NCBI GenBank assembly: GCA_964016885.1
Contig: OZ024742.1
Location: forward strand, 138,942,001-139,006,000
Direction: 5' to 3'
Length of the DNA stretch: 64,000 nt
From: Eledone cirrhosa
Taxonomy: Eukaryota
The notes beneath the pieces are model-generated. The model ran no database searches, was not told the DNA's origin, and saw nothing but the letters and a program-made list of their open reading frames with translations. The position numbers and the translations under genes are program-made. Positions 1 through 11,330 of the stretch are shown here, one piece after another. Position 1 is the first letter of the stretch. Every line of letters starts with the position of its first letter.

Positions 1-349
1 CGTGTACTGTGGCTTTTCACCAGGGAGAGAGTGACCATGTATTCATACGCAATTTACCATGTCTTTTTAACCTTATTGCATATGAAAATGTTGCTATTGC
101 GAGGTATGACGTAGTTCCACTACAGTTCCATTTACAGGATTCTAAAAATTGATTTTTTTTTCTGTGAAATTCCTGGTGGATTAGCAGTATCGGTAGGGCG
201 TCGGACAACCTGTTTTATGGCATAGGGTTACGTCCCTTTACGATCTGAGTTCAAATCATGTTGTTTTTTTCATAGACAGAATAAATACATTTCTAAATAT
301 AATTTTAAGTTATTCGCAGAATAAATATTACATACATTTTATCAATCAT

Positions 350-1218
350 TGATTCTACCTTTGGCACAAGGCCAGCAATTTGAATGGAAAAGGAAAATCA
401 ATTAGATCGATTCCAGTGCGTTACTGGTGCTTCATTTGTATCAACATTGTAAGGATGAAAGGCAAAGCCACTATGGTGGAATTCGAACTCAGAATGTAAA
501 GAACTATAACTATATGTCGCAAAACGTTTTCTCCGACGCTCTATCGATTCTACCAATCTACTGTCCTATATATTTCATTAATAATGGTTTCTTATATAGG
601 CACAAGGCCAGCAATTTTGGGGGAGGGGAAAGTCGATTAAATCGACCCCAGTGCGTGACTGGTACTTTATTTTATCGACCGCGTAAGGATGAAAGACAAA
701 ATTAACCTCGGTGGGATTTGAACTCAGATCATAAAGGGGCGTAACTCTATGCTGCAAAGCATGCTGTCCGACGCCCTACTGATACTGCCAATCCGCTGCC
801 CTTATACTTTTCATTAATAATGGTTTCTCATATAGGCACAAGGCCATCAATTTGGTGGGGAGAGGAAAGTCGATTAAATCGACCGCAGTGCGTGACTGGT
901 ACTTTATTTTATCGACTTCGTAAGGATGAAAGGCTGGATTTGAACTCAGATCATAAAGGGACGTAACTCTATACTACAAAGCATGGCGTCCGACCCTCTA
1001 CCGATACTGCCAATCCACCGCTCTATACATTTCATTAATAATTGTTTCTACTTTAGGCACAAGGCCAGCAATTACCCAGTACATTACTGGGACTTTATTT
1101 TATCGACCCCGTAATGATGAAAGGCAAAGTTAACCTCGGCGGGATTTGAACTGAGACTGTAAAGGGACGTAACTATGCTAGAAAGCATGGCGTCCAACCC
1201 TCTACCGATACTGCCAAT
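350..1218 (-). mobile_element. Array of four tRNA-derived SINEs (family A): about 350-566, 586-801, 822-1021, 1043-1218
   Basis: Each copy reads (minus strand) A-box-like TGGCAGTATCGG, B-box GAGTTCAAATCC, core GAGGTTAACTTTGCCTTTCATCC...GTCGATAAAATAAAGTACCAG, tail GGCCTTGTGCC. Confidence 0.85.
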
Positions 1219-1755
1219 GAAAAGGAATTTCACAGGCAAAAATCAATTTTTAGAAATCTTGTAATCTCAAACATTGACCTAGTATGGTTAATAGTTCCCG
1301 GTTTCGATCCCTCTGCATGGTATCTTAGGCAAGTGTAATTTACCAAAGTCTTGAGAGACCCATACATTGTAAGTGAAATAGGGTGAAAATGGAAACTGTT
1401 CTGAAGTGCGTTGGGTGGACAATACCTGTGATTTAAAGGGCCAGCTTCATAGCACACTGTATTACTCTGAATCCCCGTAACTGTTCCAGTTGTTCGATTA
1501 AAGCAGAGATTCTCAAACTTTTGACGTGCTGGACCACATGGATAAAAAGCATGACAATATATTTACCGACAATGTATTTTGTATGGCGATGAATTTACCA
1601 ACGATTTTGGCTCGTAATGTAATTACAGTGATAACATTACCAGATGAAGAAATTTTAGATGACGAGTTTACAGTGAGGAATTTACCGAACAACATTAAAA
1701 TATCGATGAAAGTGTTCTTAAGCATTGTAAAAAGCACTAATTGCTATTATTTCAG

Positions 1756-1906
1756 GAGCAGGCCGTGGCCGTATCTTCTGTGGAGACGTCGGTGATCAAA
1801 TGTTTGAAGAAATCAATATTATATATAAAGAAGGTAATTACGGATGGAACTTACGAGAAGGGCGTCAATGTCGACTAAACCGTATTTGTAACCAAGCAAC
1901 AATTTC
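1756..1906 (+). CDS. HHIPL: HHIP-like exon A ([50 protein letters not shown])
   Basis: ttcag acceptor at 1751-1755, gtgagt donor at 1907; RIFCGDVG and GNYGW motifs. Confidence 0.88.
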
Positions 1907-2303
1907 GTGAGTAGAGTCATAATTTTTTACTGTTTCTTATATTATTTTTCCATAAAAAAGGATTTATGGATTATTTTCAGTCAGTAATGACCATGGGATT
2001 TGTACCTAGAAAGTTCCCCTTCGAGGCACAAGTCCGGACAAGGTTGTTTGCGGAAGAACAGCAGTCACACATACATACCAGCCTCCCCTATTATAGAATT
2101 AAAAACATTATCATTAAAAGATTACTTATATTAGTAATCAGCAAGACCCTAGAAATCTGTGTTTTATAAGTGATGTGGCTTATTTACGGGGTAGGCTTTA
2201 TATTGGACTAGCTGGCCCGTCCGGCTGGCGCACGGCTAGGTATACCTGCCCCCACCCATCCACTGCAAAGATACCACACACCCTCCCGTGTTGCATTGTC
2301 CTT

Positions 2304-2339
<36 letters not shown>

Positions 2340-5300
2340 AACTAACACTTTAATTGTATCTCTCTCTGTCTAACGGGCTATCTCTCTCTTTTCCCCTCCC
2401 TCTGTTTTTCTGTCTCTCTCTGTAGATGTGTGTGTGTAGTTTTCCAAATCTTTCTCGAAATCAAACTTTCTCTCTCTCTCTCTCTCTCTGTATATATTGA
2501 AGGGAGATACGAAAACTAAAACAGTGTTGTTATATAGTGAGTGAAGGGCGACAGAGAGTAAAGCAGTTAAATTATAGAGGAGCAATGATCTATTATAGAG
2601 AGAGGGAAGAGCGGCGGAGAGAGTAAAGCTAAGAAACTATAAGGAGGTGTGTAGGATACATACATACATTATACATACATACGACGCTCAGCTTTATAAT
2701 ATTATAGATAGCAGCATAAAAATCAAGCTAGACCTTATTTTTGGAGTAAGTCTTATAACAAAGGAAACACGGTACTTTGTTATAAAATATGCGATTCATA
2801 GAAGCAATACATAAAAATGTAGGAGATTTTAATATTATTTTCAAAGACTTCGACGAGAAATCGAAACCGTTTCTCAGGCTCGGCAAGCTCAAAGTTTATT
2901 ATTTACATTGCAGAGCAATGTATGATTTTTTTTATTACTTGACAAAAAAAAAAAACTTTGTTGGAAAGTCAGATATTGTGGCATTCATGGTTTTCTTAGG
3001 ACTGTAAGCATTTAAGAAGGTGTGCACGTGTACCAGCAATGAATCAAAACCGGATAGTGACTCTTAAATGTCTGTAGTTTACGCTCAAGTGATTTTTGTG
3101 TTTAGAAATATTTGTGTGACCCGTGGAAATTCCACGGTTTATATTTCTAGTTTGATGCATAAACCTTCACAGCATTTTTTTTATTATGCTAAGTATTTTG
3201 ATTATGTCTTCGATTTCATTCCATAGTTACGGCTGTTAAAATCGTACCACTCGAAAAGACCGTGACATAAAGATAATAGGGATATTCAGAATATACATAA
3301 GGCTACAAATTGGTTGGGAATGAGGAGTTAGTTCAATTTATTTACTATTTAACTGATACTTATTTCATTCACCCAAGATGGTAAAGTTGACCCCGACAGG
3401 ATTAAAAAATTCGAAAATAGATAAAAGTAACAAAGTATCATAAAACATTGTAACTATAGCTCCATTGATTCTGCTGTCCAGAAGCTTATTCATAATACCA
3501 ATATTGATTTCTAGCTTTGAGACAAGGCAACATTTTATAGTCGATTACATCGACTACAGTACTTGATTGATTTTTCATTTCGTTTTCACTGAAACATCTA
3601 AGGAAACGTCAACCAGCTGAACTCTGAATAATATTAAATATTTGAAGGTATTTTATACATCCCTCTACCAATTCTACCCCTAACCACTCTATAAATATAA
3701 TATTTTCTTTTAAATAAGTATAAGACTAATGTTTTTGCTTTGGCGTATACTATGGATTAAATAGAAGGCTAGGTTATCATAAGAGTTGGGTTAACTATTA
3801 AGCAAAATAAGTACATATTTTTGGCATCAAGGGAAGAGGGGCACCATTTTCAAATTAAATGTATTTGTCAAACCCCCCCCTCCCCGCCTAAAAAATATAT
3901 ATATTGCATGCTTTAAAATATGGTGGGGGGGGGGTGCTCTTTTAAGTGCTTAAGATCTCAAAAGGACTTAATCCGACATTGAGTATCGTTAATACTTATA
4001 TATAGAAATCCAGAAAGAGAAAATGAAAATTGATGCCAATTAAATTTGCACTGATGTATATTATTGAACGAAATACTCAGGAACAGCGAGATATTTGGAA
4101 TGTTATTGCCCCTCTTACCTCCACCAAGGCGGCGAAATGGCAGAGTCGTTAGAACGTCGGATAGAGTGTTTTGTGGTATTCGTTTCGGCTCTCTGTTCTC
4201 TCAGTTCAAATCCCGCTGAGGTCAACATTGCCTTTCATCAATTCGGGGTCGATAAAAAAAAGCACCGATCTAGTACTGGGGTCGATTCTTCCTTTATATC
4301 TCTTTCTCGCTTCAATTATCTCACTCTCTAGCCTTCTCTGCAAGAAATCTACTGTAGTCAAACCTGGAGAGGAGATGGGTTTCGATAGGTTTAGAAACCC
4401 CGTATGTCAATATTGCACCCCTACGATTCCCTCGGGAGTTATGGGACCATGCATGCATTAGCTCCACCAATTTTACTTTATTTTTCATTCCCAAGAATTC
4501 ACCCTTATGACTATGACTGTTTGGTTTGAACTGTAAGTGAAAAACAAATTGCACCATGACGAAATTCATGAAGCGAAATTGCTTACACAGTCTTGATGTT
4601 TATAACATCTGATTTTCAAATATTCTTATTGAAAATAGTCAGTCTGCTAGAGAGGCAAGATGACACCTGTCAATTTCTTTAGCTATCTTTGTCTCTCTAT
4701 CTGTTTCTGTCTTATTTTCACCCTTACTCTAACATATATTCTCTTTCTCTTCCTTCTCTAAGAACACAGAAACAAATATACCAACTGTCAAAACAAAATC
4801 CATAAAAATATATTTACAAATAAGACTGTCTTAAAACCAGGTGTTAGAAATTGCAGCATTGTATAAACCATTTCGCTTCATGAATTTCGTCATGGGTCAA
4901 CAAAATGTTTTCGCTTTCTCTTCGACCAACCTATCGTAGACATCAGTTGATTTCCAAATAATTAAACCCACCAAATCTGACTGTGGCTTTTCTATTTGGT
5001 AAATAGAAGTATTGAAGTACAAACGCCATTCCTTATTTGACGAGGTGTGTAATGTGTTAACGCCTAACGCAGCCTATACAAATATTTAAATGCCGTAACG
5101 TTGAGATGATTCAGCGAATTGACAGAGTCGTTTGAACGTTGGATAGAATGCTGTGCAGTATTTGTACCGGCGCTCTGCCCTTTGAGATCAAATCCTGCCG
5201 AGGTCAAATTTGCTTTTCAGACTTTCCTTAATATCCCTTTCTCATTTCCTCTCTCTATCTATCTATCTCTCTCTCTCTCCTACTCTGAATGAAATTAGTT

Positions 5301-5731
5301 GTGTTAATACTTGGAGAAGGATGGGTTTCACGGAGTTTAAAATATCTAAGACACGTTTGTATGTCATGAAAGCGCCTATGTTTGAGATGTTGGAATTGAG
5401 TGTGTCCGTGAGCAATACTAAGACCTATTAAAGTTAAATTTTACCCCAGCCCAAAAGCAGATAAGAGCAGATTTTACTCCGGTTTTATATGAGCTTAAGC
5501 GGTTGAGATTACAAGATTGTAATCCCACCCAGCCACTGTTGCTGGTATTCATTTTTCAACGAGATGAACTGGCCCAACATGAAATCCAGTAGCTTAGTCT
5601 TCCTCAAAGACAGAACGCAACACCTAGTCTTGGAATCAAACCATGACCTTACGAACATGAGCCTACCATATTAACTACGTGAACACGTAATTAAAAAGGT
5701 GTAATTTTATACATTTTCAATAAATATATTC

Positions 5732-5782
<51 letters not shown>

Positions 5783-8207
5783 ACAGAACAATCAAATCTA
5801 TGTTTAATACATTTTATTGCTGACAATCGTTTCTTCCAAACAGCCGTTTGGATTCATCGGAGCATTGGCAAAGTTTAAACATATAATTTTTCTGTTATAC
5901 ATAAATAAATCTTCAATTACCTCCCCTTTCCCATTAGCCCCCTTTAGTGAAGATCTCCAATCACTTCCTTGAATTTAAACCGTTAGACATAACCACACCA
6001 ACTCGAAAAATTAACATCTGACTAAAAAGAGATCACTCCAGAACAACTCTAATCCTTAATCAGATTATAATAAGGGCAATATACAATCCATAATTGTATC
6101 TATTTAAATATTATTTTAAAACATTTCTTAAATATAACCAATAAAATGGAAAGGGAGACCTCAATATTAATACTCACAACATATACATTTAAACATTACC
6201 AGAACATTTATCACATTACATCCACCATAAACTCACATAGCAACTGTTTTAAATATAATTATCTCACTACATATACATATCTTAATACTACATAACATTT
6301 TTTAAACTACACAACAGCTTTACTTCTGCTTAGATTTTTCACTTAATTATTTATCTGATGCACACTCAACGCATGCATCAACGAAACTTTGTATATGTAT
6401 ACTACACAAGTTGCTTCACAATTTTCACCTTATAATCTACCCATACATTCCTGACTGCTTAATATCCTATTACACCTATATTTTGTGATATTCTTTGCCA
6501 TATTATCCTATGTATGCTTAATACCCTTGCTTTCTTTACCCTATTATTCTGTACATACCTAATACCTCTGCATTCTTACTGTCTATATGACTATGTACCA
6601 CTAATGTCCTCCTTTGCGAGTAACTTTCTTTTAGAATTCTTTTATAATCTTTATTATACCCATTGCTACTGAACACAACATCTTCACTCTCTTTGAATAT
6701 GACACTATTAATAGCAACAATAATATCAACATATCTTTATGATTGTTCTGTAGAATAGGAAGTTAATTATATGTTTAAACTTTGCCAATGCTCCGATGAT
6801 TCCAAACGGTTGTTTGCAAGAAACGATTGTCAGCAATAAAAAGTATTAAACATAGATTTGGTTGTTCTGTACTTTATATTCCTGCTCTGTAAGACATCTG
6901 ATGTATTTACATTGAGTAGATTTTTTTCTTTCTTTTCATTCGCAGGAAATGAAATCTTCCCGATACACACCTACAAACATAGCTTTAATCGTAAAGTTGT
7001 TATTGGTGGTTACGTATATAGAGGGAACAAAATGCCGTACTTAAATGGAAAATATGTTTTTGGCGATTTTCTCAGTCTGTAGGTATTTTCTTCTTATTGA
7101 ATTTAAAAAAAAAAAAAAAATGAATTACAGCAGAATGAAGCATAATGGTATATGTTGCTAATATCTACATCTGCTCTCTCACACACACACACACACACAC
7201 ACTCTCTCTCCAGGGCATCTAATACAAAACTTCTATCTCATCTCGCAGACAAACACCAAACCTACATTAAAGGAAACGCTGATAGGAAGTAACACTAGTC
7301 TGAGGAATGCTTAACCAGGGAAATCTAGGTCTCTCGATTCAAATTCTTTAAACTTTTGATCACTAAAATATAGCAGATTGTAAACGTTTGATCATATTCG
7401 TCATGACAATTAAGTGCTAGGAGTTTTAGACCGTAATTCAAATTTTTCAGCAATAAGTCACTGTAAATTCTATTTTTAGTGATAACTAGCAGAATGGCCC
7501 GGCGTTGCTCGGGATCCTAAACATAGATTGGCATGTTTATCCTTCCTTTCTGAAACAGTACAGAGAAGTACGGAATTCCTCGGCTTGGGGATGGTGTCTA
7601 TATTTTGTGCTTATAAAAATAATTCGTCGTAGATTACCAGGGGTTTAACTTAATTGGGTGCCTGAAAGTAAAATGTTCAACCCACGAAAGCCAAGATGTT
7701 AGGGTTAAGTAAAAAGGCATTCGACAAACCGACATGTATTTGTTGTGCTATGGTACAATGAAAGCAATAGTTACAGAGCAGTAAGCATGTGAGACTGCAG
7801 TAGTGGAGAGTAGTGTAGTCTTACTCCTTTCAATGTTTCGTTGTCTGTTCAGCAATTGATGCAGAAGTCCTAATAAAAATTAAAGTCGCCTTGGGTGAAT
7901 AGGCAAATAATTTTCCATTACGATTTTTCAAAAGCATGTAATTGCGTTCCCTTTCTTTTTTAATGCTGTTGGTGTGATAGCAGCCGTTGGTCGTACTACT
8001 AACACAGTCTCGTCCTTCTTCAGCCAATCGTGTATATCCCCTTCTGCCTCGTCTACCTAAAAAATGATTGTAGCACCTCCTTGTACACAATGTTAGATTA
8101 AAGTTTAAGCAAAGAATCGCTGCGTTCAGCCTTAATGGCATCTTCTGAAACTAAAAAAAATCAATCTGTGAACGCAGAAGTAAATATTTCGAAAAACGTT
8201 ACACACA

Positions 8208-8248
<41 letters not shown>

Positions 8249-11233
8249 GATAGCGGAGTCAATGTCGTAATGCAGACAGCCAGACATAGACAGATATACA
8301 GACAGGGCGCGACATTATAGCTATGTATCTATCTAAAAAGACGGGCTAAGAAAGTCAGAGAGATTGCTAACCGGCACCTAATGCGGTCTCTAGGGCATTG
8401 AAAATTTGAAATATATTTTGCTCCAAACACTCACACGACCATAAGTATTACATGTGTAAAGTTTGAAAAAAGTTGGTTGGGTGGTTCTCGAGTTTTAGAC
8501 AGACAGAAAGACATTCTCTGTTTTAGATATATAGATTTCTGTAACTTCACCACTACTTACCATGTAACCCAGTACAATCTGCTTCATGGTCGAGTGGTCA
8601 GTGACTAACCCGGCTCCTCTACTAGACCCTGGCCTGGTGAAGAGGGTAAGTGGAACCCCAACAGCACAAAAACAAGAGCTTTTAAGAAGGGTGTATGAAC
8701 TCAGAATCAAAGGCCATCCACCCTAACTATGAGTTAAATAGCCTCACTAGCCCGCAATTGGTCAAGTGTGTTGAGTATGGCTACACCCCACAAGACCAAA
8801 ACCAAACAGTAAGGGGCGGAGGTCAGCCAGGGATGAGTTTATCCAATAGGATTGTGAAGGTCCTGGATTGGCTAGGATTTTTCAAAAATACTGAGTGTGT
8901 TTGTGTTCTTCGGGTTTCAGCTGTTTTTGTATATATTAGGTTTTAATTCCGGGGTCTACATAAACAGTAAGGTTGTCTTACGACGCTCTTTGTTATTCCA
9001 CCAATGAGGTATAACATGATCATAAGTTTTGATGAATGCTCAACTACCACAAACAAGTTAAGTTCTGTCTCGAGCCCGGAGTCTCATCGGGCCAGTTATT
9101 ATCTCGGTGTCCGAGGCGTGAAGTGACTGAGAGTACAAGACTTCCCCTAGACAGGACGCCAGTTCATCGCAGGGTTAAATCTCCAGCTATTGCCGGTACT
9201 CATTTTCAGCTGAGTATACTGGACCAATGTGAAATGAAGTGCTTTGCTTAAGAACACAACATACAACCCAGTCCAGGAATCGAACGCACGATACTATGAC
9301 CATAAGTCCAACACCCTTACCACTAGTCCATGCGCCTCCACAAATAAGTTAACCACTATGCTAACGAGTCGCTGGCCACCAACTCTATCATTTTGGATTT
9401 AAACCTGTAGTTTGAAATAAGAGGTATGGGAAAATTTGAACATCGAACCCAAACTACCATGATAAATGTCGACCCCTTGTAATGATTGTTTGCGTTGGAA
9501 CACACGCCTTTCAAATTTCATATTTGTAACTACTGAATGCTGAAAGAATCACTAGACAGATTTTACGTGCAAAACAAACCGGCAAGAGACCCCGTGGTAG
9601 TCTCCGAGCAAGATGGTTGGATAACTTCCATGAGCTTGGCTGGTCACGCTTGGGGATCTAGCCGGATCAGTTGGTGACGGTTATTTCTGACAGGACCCGC
9701 TGGAGGGAGTGTTTGAGGACTCCGCCCCCCAACCCTCTCAGGAAGAAGTGGGCGGGAAGATATTTGTAATTATTTTATTACCATGTGTTACTTCGTTGTA
9801 ATTATACTTATATATAATGAAACACACATACACATGGTTGAGTAGCTTTGTAGATCGATTTGCAACCACGTAGTTAGCAGCGACATAGCGCATAGGGTAA
9901 ACCTCGTCTTGAGATAATAATTGCTTTGTGAGAGAGGTTTGTTAGAGGGAAACTGCAAAGATGCCGTCGTATGTTCATTTTTCATTCCGCAGTGGAAGTG
10001 TTTGCCTGAGTTGTCAACGGTATGTTGAAGTCGGAGACGATAGTAAATTTAGTGATAATGATTATATTTTAATCAAATGTATTAAATTCCTAAATCAGAT
10101 TATGCTGTGACATTATATAAGCAGTCAAACTCAGCTCCAACGATGGAGACACTGAACAAAAGGTTCATCCTCCTTGCATACACACAATCTCAGCTGGAAA
10201 GTGTTACGTAGTATGGTGGTGTGTTGTGTGTAATCGTCGAGGCATTTTTTTCAATTACCTGATATATGTAGAGACAGTAACGTTTTGATAGATGCTGTGT
10301 TTGGAGTGCCTTAGAGTTGCTCAGGGTCGTGTGGAACAATAGTTTATATAGGAAATTGAGGATTGTGAAAGATTTGGTTTCTCCATCAAGTGTATAATTA
10401 TGGAATGAGATGAGTAGAAGAAAACAATGAGAGAGCTGGGTGAAGTGAGATAGATATCTCTGATGAAGGGAGAAATATAGTTGAATGTTACTGGTGTTTG
10501 AAGGAGTTCAGAGAACAGTATATACCTTTATATATTTTCTTTACAGGGATCTGTTTCTGTTAGATGAAGAAGTCACTGGCCACTGGACAGAAAAGCAGCT
10601 TTTCTATTGTAAAAATATCATGTGTGAATCTAACAACACTGGACCACAGAGACAACAGTACCTTGTGTCATTTGGAGAGGATACTGAGGGTAATTCTATC
10701 GGAAATAATTGAAATTTCCATTTTGATAGTCTACAAAATTCTTCCCATTTTTAAACAGACGGAAAAATGAGTGTGTGACTGATTATTTTAACATACTATT
10801 GACCGATGTTTGTCTAATTCTAAATCTATATTAGTGTAGTTCTAAATCTAATTGTGAGCTTTACGTTTACATTTTGTGTCAAATTCTACGTGCACTTACA
10901 TGGTAAATGATTGTTAACAAATATAAAACATTGATAAAATGCTAAAAATAGTCATTACAAATGCTTCTGAAATTCAGAGAATATTAAACACTGGTTCATG
11001 GCACCTGTGTCAAATATTTGTGCAGTTCTAAAATTTACATAAATACTTTAGACTGCACCGTGCATTAGTTCATAGTCGTGGTGTTAATCAGTTCGGTTTG
11101 CAGCTACGAGATTTTGAGTTCAATCCAACTGTTTGATCCTATGGTCAAGTGTCCTCTACCATAACTTTGATTAGAGTGAAATTTGTTTGACAGAGATTGT
11201 CACCTCTCTCTCTCATATATATATATATATGAG

Positions 11234-11330
<97 letters not shown>

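Noticed and set aside
331-1218. CRISPR-like repeat-spacer pattern
   Set aside because: The long units are homologous SINE copies and the short units behave like TSDs
1513-1750. Overlapping ORFs 1526..1795 and 1513..1737
   Set aside because: Intronic degenerate AATTTACC-type repeats; the real exon starts at 1756 in a different frame
3227-3243. Candidate microexon to fix the HHIPL phase conflict
   Set aside because: Both phase-correct lengths (8 and 17 nt) introduce stop codons
6353-6400. CTGATG...CGAAAC hammerhead-like spacing
   Set aside because: A9 is replaced by C, stems are unconvincing and no clear cleavage triplet or stem I is present
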